From: Geosiphon pyriformis uo1
Taxonomy: Eukaryota > Fungi > Glomeromycota
Reading direction: 5' to 3'
Assembly (NCBI GenBank): GCA_016748015.1
Contig: JAAOMT010000660.1
Span: forward strand, 186,001 to 250,000
DNA length: 64,000 bases
In this document: one piece after another, positions 22,492-35,741 of the stretch
Position numbering within the stretch: the stretch's first letter is position 1
How the letters are laid out: each line of letters starts with the position of its first letter
The notes under the pieces: model-generated
Told to the model about the DNA's origin: nothing
Seen by the model: the letters and a program-made list of their open reading frames with translations, nothing else
The model's database searches: none
Translations under genes and position numbers: made by a program

Positions 22492-24540
22492 TTAACGAGT
22501 AACATAGCCATCCCTGAGCCTAAGGATGCTTTGACCTTCAGGAGAATTTTTGTCAATCGCGGAGACCTTTTTTACTAAAGTGAGCAAGATTTTTGTGTTC
22601 CTTGAATCGGCCTTGATTTTAGGCCTCAAAACCTCAATAAGATCCTTAGTGGACATGCCTCCTCGACTAATCAGCCCTACGACCTCTGCCTCCGTAATTG
22701 GGTCAGTTGGTCTTTGAGGCTGGGAAGTGGATGACGAAGTTTGAGAAGTCGTGTTTGCTGATACTACTACAGATTTCTTGGTAGTTAATTTGACTTTTTT
22801 GGCAGGGTCATTTGTCGACCTGTCATCGTGAGATCTCTTCCCCTGTTTGAGACTTGCATCAGGCGGATAGGAAGATATTTCGGTTTTGATTTTTTTGGCA
22901 GGTTGGTTTGCCTCATCACGAAGTCGCTTTGTAGGTGAATTTATTGAAGTGGATGATTGAGATTGTTTGATTGTGACTGTTGATTTGCTTCCAGAACTGG
23001 CTCCAGTACCAGAAGTGGCAATCGCACCACTCTTGGAAGTCGATTGAGACTTGGATATAGTTTTGACACCTGAAGAAGGTGCCTTGGACTTCTTGTGAGA
23101 ATCAATTTCTGTAGAAACTACAGAGGATTTCTTATTTGTGATATTAGCCTTAGTAACAGATCCTGTTTTGGCGTTTTGTGCAGTCTTTGGCTTTTTAGGG
23201 GTATTATCGGAACTAGACGAAGCAGCTTTTGAAGATTTTGTAACAGTAGTCTTTGGCTTTTTGCCAGTAGTCGATGCTGCGCCTTTACTTTTAAGGGGGT
23301 TAGTGACTCCTTTAGCAAATAATGAAGGCATCTTCGAGGTGGAAGCGTTAACTGGGGGTCTTTGAGGACTGCCTCCAACTTCTTCCACCTCCGATTCTTC
23401 ATCAAGACTACTAATGTATGGATTTTCGTCCTCTTCATCAGAAACATAAGCTTCATTATCTTCAAGCTGTCTTACTAAACGCTTCATATCCTTTCCAGCT
23501 GTGGTTAAGTCTTCCTGTTCTTCCTCCTCAGAATCATCTTTTTCTTCCTCTTGTTTTACAGTTGCTTTTCGAATAGATTTCTTTACTTTGATCTCTACTT
23601 CTTTTTCCTCATCGTCCTTCGCATCACCAGCGAGTTCTTCGTCATCTTCGAATTCCAATTCAAAGTCTACTTCGTCATCATCTTCCTCTTTATGTCTTCC
23701 CATGTCTTCATCATCAGAATCACGCGATTCAACCGTTTTTAAAAGTGTCTTACTATCATATAAACCACCTTCGGCTTCCAGTAATTTATCTTCTTCGCTT
23801 GGTTTGGATTGAAGTGAACGCATCATCCAGCGTGATTCCTTCTTTTGTTGTTTTTGCATAGCTTCTTCAGCTTCTTCTATTGACAAAACGCGATGCTTAA
23901 TTTTTGACTTGAATTTGTACCATCTATCAACCGGGATAACTTTGAAACCATTTGCGGTCACAATGAATAAACAATACGTTGCTCGCAAACCACCCTCCAT
24001 TTCGCCAATGTATGTATTTTTTTCATCATAATCGGTTAGGATCCATGGTTTGTCTTCCTCCTTTTTTAACTTGCGACTCTCGGGAGAAGCAAGATAGATT
24101 TGTTTCGTTCGTTTTTTAAATAGCATTTGCTTGTTTCTTGTGGCACCACCATAAGGGGCGATTAGAGAAGTGTCGGCACCAGTGGACGTTTGAAGAGTGC
24201 CAACGGACTGTGCACCTTTCCCGTGGCTTCTTCCCGAAGTTATTACGGAATTGTTTCCACCACGACCAATATTTGTTGACGCAGAAGAAGTGCCGATTGT
24301 TGATGGATGTGGGGCATTGGGGTCTCCACGATATAGTTTAACGGGTGGAGTAAAGGTTTTGAGATTTACATCCTTATTGAATCTCATAAGATTCACCTTG
24401 TTCTTTTTCCTAACCACTGTTGACCATAGTGGATAGTCAGTGAACTTTTCACCTGGTCCTAATGGTTGAGGATTCGGCGAAGGGTTGTATTCGTTCAGTT
24501 CGGCTTGCTGTGCTGAATTTTGTTGATATCGGTAAGACAT
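22492..24540 (-). CDS. TFG1: Transcription initiation factor TFIIF alpha subunit (RAP74), single exon
   Basis: KPWILTDYD...YIG..EGG, GFKVIPVDRWYKF, LSIEEAEEAM, acidic linker, C-terminal winged helix (ITEAEVVGLI...MSTKDLI). Confidence 0.88.
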   Translation of the reverse strand: MSYRYQQNSAQQAELNEYNPSPNPQPLGPGEKFTDYPLWSTVVRKKNKVNLMRFNKDVNLKTFTPPVKLYRGDPNAPHPSTIGTSSASTNIGRGGNNSVITSGRSHGKGAQSVGTLQTSTGADTSLIAPYGGATRNKQMLFKKRTKQIYLASPESRKLKKEEDKPWILTDYDEKNTYIGEMEGGLRATYCLFIVTANGFKVIPVDRWYKFKSKIKHRVLSIEEAEEAMQKQQKKESRWMMRSLQSKPSEEDKLLEAEGGLYDSKTLLKTVESRDSDDEDMGRHKEEDDDEVDFELEFEDDEELAGDAKDDEEKEVEIKVKKSIRKATVKQEEEKDDSEEEEQEDLTTAGKDMKRLVRQLEDNEAYVSDEEDENPYISSLDEESEVEEVGGSPQRPPVNASTSKMPSLFAKGVTNPLKSKGAASTTGKKPKTTVTKSSKAASSSSDNTPKKPKTAQNAKTGSVTKANITNKKSSVVSTEIDSHKKSKAPSSGVKTISKSQSTSKSGAIATSGTGASSGSKSTVTIKQSQSSTSINSPTKRLRDEANQPAKKIKTEISSYPPDASLKQGKRSHDDRSTNDPAKKVKLTTKKSVVVSANTTSQTSSSTSQPQRPTDPITEAEVVGLISRGGMSTKDLIEVLRPKIKADSRNTKILLTLVKKVSAIDKNSPEGQSILRLRDGYVTR

Positions 24541-24739
24541 TGCGTTCCACTAAAATGAAGTATCAACGCAATTTTTATCCGTTTAGCTGGTATACAAAGC
24601 GATCACAGAATGTAATATGATAGCATATGAGTTCAATAATGTAAAAAAAAAATTAATATATAAATAATCAAGTAAAATTATTAATATAATAATTAAACAA
24701 ATAAATATTTTAAAAACATATTAACAGCTTCATTGCTTC

Positions 24740-24968
24740 ATAAAATTCTGAGATCTTATAAATAGCCATGACTCACGCATTTTCTATATGTGACTAGCCA
24801 CCCGAGCCAGTCTAGGCTAATACAGCCATCGCAACTAGACTAATCATACAGCTTGAAGCTTTTAAAGAACCAACCATATTATCAGGCAAATCATTCACGT
24901 CATACTCCACTTTAAGCTTACAAAATTGCCAATGTTTTTCTTTATTACAAAAGCATTTTTCTTAGCAT
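24740..24968 (-). mobile_element. Short 3'-end remnant of a LINE related to the two long LINEs, in the TFG1 upstream region
   Basis: Reverse complement of 24768-24801 (GTGGCTAGTCACATATAGAAAAATGCGTGAGTCAT) aligns with the LINE 3' UTR motif at 32136-32169. Cut at 24969 by an LTR. Confidence 0.6.
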
Positions 24969-25376
24969 TGTTACCAAATTATCCTTATAATTCTTATTAT
25001 CAATTAACATATAATATTATTTTAATTTTATTACTTATTATTTAATTAAATTATTAAATACCACTATTCAATTAATAATTCAATTTACATAATATACAAA
25101 TATAACTAAATGTAATAATTAGATTATATAATATTTTAAACTATATAATATTCAAAAATTTGTTAAAATATTTAACAGCTTACCAAAATATTTAATAAGT
25201 TTACCAAAATACATATTTAAACATTAAAAAATTTGTTGAAATATTACAAAATTAAAATATTTAATTCTATATATTAAATAATATTAAACTAAAAACATTC
25301 TTTTCATTAATTATTTAATTTATATACTAATCATAAAAATTTATATTTTTATTTAATAAATTATTATTAAAAAAAC
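24969..25376 (+). mobile_element. Heavily decayed family-B-like LTR (5' part), interrupted by the LINE
   Basis: Starts TGTTACC. ttatccttataattcttattatcaattaacatata and ctatataatattcaaaaa...tttaccaaaatatttaata match the LTR-B copies at 38984 and 60466. Confidence 0.6.
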
Positions 25377-25518
25377 AAATATGTTAAAAAACTTTTTCTT
25401 TTGTTAATCTCTTAACCACAATAAGAGCAAAATTTTACCAAAGTTTTAATTGGTTTTTTTTCTTTTTCTTCTTGTTTTTTCTCTAATTATTTCTTCCAAC
25501 TTTCCTCTTTTTGTTGCT

Positions 25519-27475
25519 ATAGATCCAGTAGGCACTTCTACTGATGATTTTGGTTTGAGCTTGGCTGGTTTGGGAATCTGTTTGAGTACTAAGAAAAAAC
25601 ATATAAAAAGCATTTATTCTTGAAGTATATCTTATAAAAAGCCAAAAAAACTTGTTGTAAGCATCAGTATGATCGATTCATCTACTGGTCTGTTAAATCT
25701 CATGGATATTGGTGTCTTTGGTAAGAAGCCTATGGTGTCATAAGATAGCAAAGTTGGAAGTAAAACTAGTAGTGTTAGCAGTCTTTTGGACATAAAAGAT
25801 ATAAAAAATTTGGTTGCTAAGAAAACAAGCTATGCTGATTCGAATAATTTGATGGTTAATGATATTATAGATAATACCATGTCATAGAAAACTCACATTC
25901 ATACATATATGCTGGAGCAGCCTCCAAAACCTCCTGTCTTTAAAAATCTGAGTAACAATAGCAATGTTTTAATGCTTCTGTCATCCAAATTCAATGGTTC
26001 TAAACAGCTTCTATTGGCCAAGTCACATATTTTAGAAAAATGAAGTTTCAATTTGGTGAAGTCATTTGCTTTGGATATTGAATTGTCTGCTGTTTCTGGC
26101 AAAACTTCAGGTGATAAATTGCTGTGTGTTAAAAAGATTTTTTATTGTGTGAATGGTTTTGGAGGAGTTTCTATTCCTTCAAAATTCCCAGAGATTATTA
26201 GGTTATCTTTTACTTCAGAATCTAATTTAATAAAGGCAAGAGATTTGGCTGTCAGTGAGAAAATTTTAGTCAATAATGAGGTAAGAAAAATAAACAGCTA
26301 ATCAGATTGAGAAGTAATCATCAAAAAAATCCTAGTAGATCTTCTCAAATCAGCATCGAAATCTGTGTTCTTCAAATTTAGTCAGGTAATTTCGATTAGA
26401 ATACAACTGATTGGGCTTTGGCAAAAGGCTATAGTGGAATTTGAATTATCAGATGTGACTAGTTCAGTTACTTCCAAGTGGTCAGTTTTCATAGATAAAA
26501 ATTTTATGCATATGGCTTTGACTGTTAATAACAAAGAGTTATGAATATTAAGAGATCAGTATTGTGTTTTATTATATACTCTTCTTGTTGGCACTATAGC
26601 TTATGATTTTTCTGAGTTGGTAGAAGCTTATGATGAGAAAACTTGTTTTATTGGCTGTAATCCCAATTCATATGTGCATAATAGATATATGATAGTGTAT
26701 TTTGTAGATAAAACATTCAAATTGGCTGTTATTGGTTTTATTTTAGTGTTTAAGGGTGTGAATTTGTGTTGGACTAAACTTTCTTTGGTCTATTGTGCTC
26801 AATATAAACAATTCAGTCATATATTTGTTGACTGTACAATAGGTGGTAATTTTGGTGGTTGTGGTAAGTAGGTGGTTATTTCTTAGGATCAGATTCATCT
26901 GGCCAACATATATAAAAAAAAGCAAACTCTAATTGCTTGTCCAGTTTCTTTTGTAATAAAACTTGGGCTCAAGTTGCTGGTGGTGCTTCTTCTCAAGTGC
27001 TTTCTTCAGTTAGTTTTGGTGCTGGCTTATTTTCAGATGTGAAGTTGCCTCTGTTTAACTCCAGTCCTTTTGAAATTTCTTGTTTGAATGATCATTTGAC
27101 ATTTCTAGAATGCTTCTTAGAGCTCTTGTCTGACTAGGTTTCTGGTATTCTAAGAAAGTTGAGTTTTTTTGAATTAACACCTTTGGCTTTTTTTTTCTGT
27201 ATTTCTTCTCTGGCCACTCTTGTTTGTGGCTTTGGTTTCAAATTCGAATATGGCTGTAAATGATATGTTGCTATCTGTTGTCTCCTCTCTTTTGGTTGTT
27301 ATTGACAAGCCTACTAATCATTTTGGCCCAAGCAGTTCAAAGATTCTAACCTTTAGGATGGGCAGTTTGGAGCAAAAATAGTAATCTTAAAAGTATTAGT
27401 TAATTCAGTTTTGGCAAAATTGGATATTTTGTGTTTGAGTTTGGGTTCTTTGTTAATCTATCCCACCCATAAATG
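25519..27475 (+). pseudogene. LINE ORF1 (RRM-like region + CCHC knuckle), disrupted
   Basis: CAQYKQFSHIFVDC (decayed CCHC) at ~26793; KTWAQVAGG motif; homologous to 50718-51654 on the minus strand. Many stops. Confidence 0.75.
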
Positions 27476-30400
27476 ATTTGGTCTGGAAATTTGCTATGTG
27501 TAATATTCAAGGTATCAATGTTCCTGTGAAACAAGTGGACATTGTGTGTTGACATGTGAATTCTGGAAATTTTGTGTTTTTTGTTACAGAAACTAAATTA
27601 CGATCTTGTATCAGGCCTTGGATTGCTAATAAATTTGAGAGTGTGCATGTCTTTACATCTGGTTTGGATAATAGATTTCTAGATGTTGGGGTGGCTGTAA
27701 TTATAAACAATTCTTTGGCTTGTTATGTGTCTAAAATAGAGAAAATTCTTGGTCAAGTTTTTTTAATCTGGCTTTTATTTAAAGACAAGCTATTAGTTAT
27801 GATTTTGGATTTGTACACTAGTGCTTTTTCTGAAACTAGATTTGGTCAAACTTCAAAAGTAAATTTTTTGATTGCAAAAACAGTCAACTCTAGTACTTTT
27901 GTGGTTTTGGGAGGAGAATTTTAATAAAAATGGGTCTGAGAGAAGTGTGAGCTTTAAGTTCTGTATGGATTTGGGTTTGGTCAATTTATTTGCTGGCCAT
28001 TAGTTGGTTGGTTTTTTCACATGGAGCAATTCTAAAGGAGTTGAGAAAACAATTGATTACATTTTTGTCAGTGGAAATTTATTTTCTGCTATTGCCAGTC
28101 ATCAAGTCTGCTCTGTGTCCAACTTTTTCGACACTAATCACAATGCTATCTTGGTTTTAATTGGCTTGAGTGGATTTTTAAATGTTCATTTGAATAGCTT
28201 GTACAAACAGGCTAATAAAGATTATTAGAGATTCAAAATCAAGGACACTAATAACTCCAAATGGGCTAAATTTAGGAATTGCACTTCTGCCAAACTTTTA
28301 GTTATTGTTAACAAATTCTCTGGTACTGAATTCTGTGGTGACATAAATGCTATATGGGCTATTTTAGAGAAAATAATGATGGAATCAGCTAATAAAGTTT
28401 TTTCAAGACATTGGTTTAGTAAGTTTCAGTGTTTAAGAAATAAACACTCTTCTAAGTTTTTTGGTTTGGAATTATTGGTTGCTAAAGTTGTTAGAAAATT
28501 CAGCTCTGACAACATGCCTAAAGTTGATTGTCTTGTAAAGATATGGTCAACTCTGGATGATTCTAAAGCTCACATCTTTACTAATGTGTTGTGTTCAGAG
28601 ATAAAATCTGTGGTGGTTCTCAAGCATTTGTCATTAGCTTGTAAAAAATACAGAAAGTCTAAAATGCATGAGTCAAGGCTGGCTGAGGAGGCTTTTATTA
28701 GAAAGGCAATTACAGAGCATATGAAAAATTTTTGTTCCAATAAAGATAGTATGATTCGAAGCATTTTAGAGCAGTTTTTTTGCAAAGTGGTTTTGAATCA
28801 CTTGGTAGTAGATGATGGGCTGGTTTTGAAGCTAGAGAAGATAAAATTGAGTATAAATAAGATCATAGAAGATTGGACAAAGAAACATACAGTGTTTTCA
28901 GTTTTACCTGATTACTGGGCTTATCAATATGCACCTTTGGCCTATGTTAGAGATGATGCTTTTTCTAATGTAATGTGTACAGTCAGTATAAATAAGTTGC
29001 TTTTGGTTGTTGGTGGTTTGCTTGATGGTAAAGCTACTGGCTTGTCTAGTATTCCTAATAAATTATAGAAACATGGTAATAAGATGGTGTTGGGATGCCT
29101 TTTGGTGCTGTTAAATGTGTGTTTAACTTCTGGTGATATGTCTGCATTATGAAAGAGAGCTTGGGTATTGATAATTCTTAAACTTTATAATTGGGATGGA
29201 GTTTTCACAAACATCCAACTCATAGCTCTGATTGAAACTGCAAGAAAGATTCTGTTAAAAATTTTGTCTAACTGTATTTTATTGACATGTAGTAAGTTCA
29301 ATGTTCTCCAGGATGATAACTTTTCAGTATTAAGGAGTACATTCACACAGTTTCTGGTATTTGCTATTGGGTCAGTAGTTGAGAATGCTCTTAAGAAGAA
29401 TAAGAAAATTTGGTTGGTCCTACAAGATATACAGAAAGCCTATGATTCAGTTGGATGGCACCACTTAAGAAATAGTTTGTAACATGTCAAGATGTGTGAA
29501 AAATTCATCAGGTTTTTTGGTAGTATACATAAAGATAGAGTTAACAGAATAATGACTGATTTCAGTTTGTCAGATAATTATAGGGTGCATGATGGTTTGG
29601 ATTAGGATAAAATCTTTTTACCTCTTCTTTGAAGAATCTTTTATGATTCACTTTTGTATAAAGTTAAGAGACATGAGCATCTGTGTGAATATCAAATTGA
29701 TATTAAGTTTGTTTCAAAGACAGGCAAAATTGAGAACAGTGGTGAGTGGACTTCTTATTTTATGGCAGATGTATTTGTTGATGACACTATTTGGGTTGGA
29801 AACTATTAAACATTCACTCAGTTTGCTTTGAACATTGTCAGTGAATTCTTTGAGATCAACAATATTTCTATCAACAGTAAAAAAACAGTAGCCATTCCCA
29901 TTAATCAGGGCATTAAGGTTCTATTATTGAATATTTGTAGTCATTCTATCACTATTGCCAAGAAAAGTAAAGCTTATTGTTATTTGGAGATTTTTTTGTT
30001 TACTGATGACTTATCCAAGCCAAGTATTGCCAAGGCTTATTTTGATGTTCATTTTTTTATTAATGTTATGCTTTAAAAGGCCATTACAGATAAGCAATTC
30101 TCTTATTTAGTGTTATTTCATTGAATGTGTGTTGCAGATGAGATGTTATGGTTAGGAAGGGTCTCAAGCTTAAAGTGTGTCTGCTCTATGACTTTTCTGA
30201 TGTGGTTTTACATCATTCTTCTTTGTATAATCTAAAGCCTTTTATGCAAGTGCAGTCTGAAGTAAAGATGGCTGCTTTGGTCTCTTTTTCCAATGCTTTA
30301 AACATTCTTGGTTACTTGTTTAGTCATAGATTCTTGAACTTGCAGATTCTGGGTTGGGCTTCTTTAAATCTTTTGCAGTTTTTTGTCAAGCTACGTGTTA

Positions 30401-32115
30401 GTCCAGTAAATAATTTCTTAGCAGAATTGGTTAAAATTTTTTTGGACAATAAGTTCTCCTTAGTAAACAATCTTCCAAATGTCTTTTATAGTCCTGGTTG
30501 TTTTCCAATATTGTTAGTTCTTGGGAAGTCTTTGTATTTCAATTTTGTCTGTTTTCTAAGACATTTTGAGATTGTTTTTAATGATTAGCTTTTTGATAAG
30601 AAGAATGGAGTGTTAGATTGGAAGACTTTTTATTGCTAAAAGAAGTTAGATCCATATGGCCCTGTTTCTCATTGGTTTGTGGTTGCATCTGAGTATTTAA
30701 TGGGTCTGAATTTTTTTTTGTCTGGTTCTGCAGAATCTGGTCAGTTAGGTGTTATAGACATTCTTAGATCTGATAAGTTTTTTGTTATAAAAAATGGTTT
30801 GCATGAAATTTGGTCTGGTTTCTTTAAGGTGTTTACTAATAAGTCTTTAAAGAAAGCTGGTTCTGCTGGTGTTACTAGTGGAGTGGCTGTTTATTTTTTG
30901 GTTTTGGATCTGGGTGTTGATGTTTCAGTTTGTGGTCTTATGTCTTTTACAATAGCCAAGTTATAAACTATAGCCCTGTTCTTGGAGTGTGTCCTATTTT
31001 CTAGTACAGTATTTGTGCATCTCGACAATCAGACTGCTATTGATGCTTGCTTAGCTAAATTGTCTTCTGCTGTGCCTGATTTTTGCAACCCGTGCTGAAT
31101 TGAAAGATGTCATATTTTTAACTTAATTAGAGAGAAAAATCTAAATGTGGCTTGGATCAAAGTTAAGAAATATTCAGGAGTCTTCAATAATATAAAGACT
31201 GATTTGGCAGCAGGTATGGCTGCCTACTCTTCTTTTTCACTTTTGGCTAAGGTATATGAGTACTTTTTGGTGGCTGAAAACACACCTGTTTCTGGTAATG
31301 CTTGTCATTTTGTCAGTGATATTTTTTAGTCAATTTGTCATGCTTGTTTGAAAGCTAGTCCTGATTGTGATGTGATTCCACATAAACTGGTCAAATGTGT
31401 GGACTGAGCTGCTATAACAAAGATGTGACATCTTGATTTTCATATGCTCATTGGATTTACTAGTCAGAAGTTTTCTAACCTGTACACATATCTGATAAAG
31501 ACTGTACATAAGTAGTTGCTGGTGACAATTAAGAAGAGAATATATGATAAGTGTTATCTTGGTGTGTTGTGTTTGTTATACAGTGAGGTGGAATTTTCTG
31601 ATTATGCTTTTACTTGTGCCCATGATATTGGTGTTTATGGTAAGATTTTGGTCAAAGCTTTTGCACATTGGTCTTTTTTGTTTGGTGGTTCTGTTTTGTT
31701 TGTGTCTGCTGTTTTGTGAGTCTTGTCTTAATGTTTCTTGAATGTTGGATTGTATGCTGTAGTGTATAAGAGATTTGTGTTGAGAAAGTGGTGTAAAAAA
31801 ACTTATGACACTTTTGATAATAAAAAAAAGGCAGATGTCTGGGTTGTTGATTTTGTGAGGTTTGTTGTTAAGTTATATTGCATGAAAGTGTGGTTGGTAA
31901 AGTCTAGTTATAGAGTGAATATGGAGTGGACTGGTCTGATTCATAATGGCGGAATGATTTCCAGACTGTTTTATAATGTGTTCTTAGTGTTATCTAATAG
32001 TGTGATTAGATTGCTTAATGTAATTGAGTCTTTTACAGTTAGCTTTAATTATCATAAACTATGTAGTTTCTTTTCTGGTCTAGGTGGTGCAATATAGGTT
32101 AATATAGGGGTGTAG
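27469..32115 (+). pseudogene. LINE ORF2: AP endonuclease - RT - RNase H - CCHC, disrupted
   Basis: APE: CNIQGIN, TETKL, GGEF*, FTW...IDYIFVS, TNH. RT: IALIETARK, LQDIQKAYDSV, FVDDT. RNase H: VFTNKS(=YTDGS), DNQ, W.KVK.YSG..N. C-terminal CLL....F.D.AFTC. Confidence 0.9.
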
Positions 32116-32260
32116 TATTGTCTTGTCTGGTCTAAGTGGCTAGCTACATATAATAAGTGTATGAGTCACTTTTAGTTTGAGTTACTTAGTTTGATTCTAT
32201 GTATTAAATAGTGGTTGGATTTCATTTATTAATTGTATTAATAAAAAAAAATATGTTAAA

Positions 32261-34543
32261 TAAAATAATATATTATAGCTATTTATATTTAAGATTTATT
32301 ATAAAAAAATAATAATGTTAATAATTTATTATAAATAAAATAAATATAAAAATTTTAGTATAAAATAAATAATTTATTAATAACTTTATTAATATTTTAA
32401 TATATTGTTATAAATTAAAAATACAATACTTTTATGTAAAAAATTACAATATGTATTATAAAAATTAGCATTAAAATTATATAAAAAAAGCTATATAATT
32501 TAACAAATATTAATTAACAACAAGAAAATAAAAGATTAATAATTAGTTTAATTATAATTATATTTTATTTTATTTTATTTTATTTTAATAAATAAAACTT
32601 AAACACAATTTAATACAATATATTAAATTAAATAATTTAACATAAATTATGTATTTTTTACATATAACCAGTTACTTAAATTAATTAAAGCAATATTATA
32701 TATCTATTTAATATTAATAGACTATTAATATTTATAAAAAATAAACATAATTTATATAATTTAAAACAAACATTAAAGCATTTTACAATCTTTAACAATT
32801 TAATAATACTATTAAAAAACAACAACAAAAAACTATAGATTATAAAAAATATTAAGTTATTATAAAATATTAAGTTGTTTTTTTTATAATTGTTCTAAAT
32901 TTAGACTAAGTCAATTATATTTTATTATAATACAACATATTTAAATTATACACAAAATTAATTATTTAATTAGCAATTATTTTAAAATCTTTAAAAACAA
33001 AAAAAAATTTATATAATATTTTTTAAAAATACAATTTTTATATAGTATAAATAATATTATTAAATATATATAATTATAGAACATATAATAAAAACCAATC
33101 AAAATTTAATGTAATTTTAATACTTTTTTATAAAAACTAAGATTAATTTATAGAAAAAAAAAAATCTAAGAATTCAATTTTTTTATAATATAAATACAAA
33201 ATACTTAAATATTTTTTATTATATAAATATTTACAAATAGTAATAAACAAATAATAATACAAAACTTTTATAAAAAAAAACACAAATTAGTTATAATTTT
33301 ATTTATATATTTTATAATTATATAAAAATTTAAATATTTTTAATAAAATTTTACTTATAATTACAGTATTTGGCTTAATTTTTTATTAAATACAATTAAC
33401 AAATTTAAAAATATTATAAACAAAAATTAAATATTTTTAAAAACAATTATATTATTAATTTTAACATATCTTTTATAAATACAAATAAAGAATACAAAGT
33501 CTAAATAAAAAACAATACTAATTAGTTTGTTGATTATTTTATTGTTTATATTATTTAAATGTTTTTTAATTTTAAATTACTTAATTGTAAAAAAAAAATT
33601 TCTAATAATATTTATAATATAATATTTTTTTATTTAACATTAATTGCAAAAATTCAGAACTATTAAATTTAATTTAAATAAATAAGTATTTAATATAGCT
33701 TAATTATCTAAATAAATTACAATACAGCTGAAAATAAAAACATATTTTAAGGTAAACACAATTGTTTATAGTTTATTTATAGTTAAAAAAGCAAATTATT
33801 TATTTTAATATCTACTACTAAATCTAGATTATTAAAAAATACTTTATATTTTACATTAATTATATTTAAATTTTTTAAAAAACTATTAATGTAAATATTA
33901 ATTACATTTAAGTTAAATACCAAAAATAATTTTTTACAGTAAAAAACTTATTAAAACTTAAAATATTAAGAAGTTGACTATAATTAATAGCAAAAAACTA
34001 TAAAAAAGACTTTACAATTTAAATAATTAGTTATTAATTTAAACTAAACAGAAATAAAATCTCTAAGATCCAGTTTTTTTTAACAATAAAAACTTTTTTA
34101 TTTAAAAATCAAATTTTTTTGGTAAATAGCTGCTTAATAAATACAATATTAAATCTTTTAAAAAAATAATAAATATTAAAAAAAACAAAGGTTTTTAAAA
34201 CACAAAATATTAAAATACTATCTATAAAATAAAATTATTTATAAAAAAAGTTATAATTCAAAAATATCTTAATAATACCAATTAGAAAATTGTTTATTAA
34301 ATTAATCTTCAACTTAACAGAAAATTGCAACAGATAATTAGAAAATTAATTTAATATTTATAGATCTAAGAATTTATAATTAAACAAATAACTAAAAACT
34401 TTATTAGTATTTAAAAATATGATTATTAAAATCATTGTGTTTTTAATTTATATAATAAAAAATAATAAATAGCTTTATTTAAAAAAATTTTTGCCAAGCC
34501 AGATTTTTTTTTTTTTTTAATTAAAATATTTTATTTATTATAT
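32261..34543. other. Extremely decayed AT-rich block, probably the continuation of the element the LINE inserted into
   Basis: No ORF of 60 aa or more; G and CpG strongly depleted; identity not resolvable by eye. Confidence 0.4.
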
Positions 34544-34547
34544 ATGT

Positions 34548-34907
34548 TGTTATAGGTAATTATTTGAGGTGTTGAAACAAATAACAAATTCGTAACTTAG
34601 TGCTCAATAGCTAAAAATACTGGTAATTTCTGAAGGTTTTGAAGTTTCAAAATTTTGGTTGAGTTTTTTATATAATAAACAAAGATTTAATTGATAGTTT
34701 CTTTTGTAATTTTTTTTTTTAGTGTAATGGCTAGTTTATTCTGACAGTTATGCTCTTTTAGTAAGCTATTCTTAAATTTTTATTATTGTTTTTAAGTTTT
34801 TTACCAGATTATTTTTGATATTAATTATTTAATGCTTAATTTCTTTAATTAACAAAAAAAATAAAATAAAATAAAATAAAAAAAAAAATAAAAAATTAAT
34901 ATTTTAT
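34548..34907 (-). mobile_element. Family-A' LTR, 3' (U5) part, reverse orientation, interrupted at 34908
   Basis: Reverse complement of ~35390-35741 and near-identical to 38928-38983 + 39964-40265. Terminus TGTTA at 34548. Confidence 0.85.
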
Positions 34908-35741
34908 TGTTATTTATAGAAATTAAAAATTATAATAAATAGATAAAATAGCCAATTAAAAATAAGCATAATAAAAAAAAATTCCAGAATTTTTTCCAAA
35001 AAATTACAGCATTTCAAAATTCCAGAATTTTAGGATTTCTGTCAAAAAAATTAAAAGATTTTAAGGAATCTTGTATAACACAAATTATGTATATATAATA
35101 AAAGTATTAGAAGCAAAAAAAATATTTGAGATTCAAACAAAATAGTAGTTAGCAATAATTATCTATTCTATACTTTTTCTTTAAAAGATTGTTTTTTATA
35201 ACTTAAAGTAAAATCACATTAATATTAATAAAATATCTAATTAATATTCAATTTATATTATCATTGTTTGATTAAGAATATTAATTACTTTTTCTATTAT
35301 CAATATTTCATGTTAATAAAATCTAATACTTAACCATATTAGACCAATAGTTTTTGATTATGGCTATTGATAAAATAACAAAATTTTTTTTTTCTTATTT
35401 TTTTTTATTTTATTTTATTTTATTTTTTTTATTTTTTTATTGTTTACTAATTAATTAAAGAAATTAAGTGCTGAGTATTTAATATCAAGAATAGTCTCAT
35501 AAAAAACCTAAGAACAAGAGTAGAAAACTTAAGAATAGCTTACCAAAAGAACACAACTGTCAAAATAAACCAGCTATTAAACTAAAAAAAAAAATTCACA
35601 GAAAAAACTATTAATTAACTTTCTGTCTATTATACAAAAAAATCAACCAAAATCTTTAAAAATTACCAATATTTTCAGCTATTTTGTACCAAGTTATGGA
35701 TTTGTTATTTGTTTTAACACCCCAAATAATCATCTGTAATA
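34908..35741 (+). repeat. 5' LTR of element A'
   Basis: TGTTATTTATAGAAATT...CTGTAATA followed by ttTGGTGCT; first ~400 bp match 45533-45895. Confidence 0.88.

Larger units (their letters stand above)
25389..32248 (+). mobile_element. Full-length decayed non-LTR retrotransposon (APE-type LINE with RNase H)
   Basis: ORF1 and ORF2 remnants, 3' UTR, A-tail at ~32243-32250, and candidate target-site duplication AAATATGTTAAA at 25377-25388 and 32249-32260. Confidence 0.9.
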
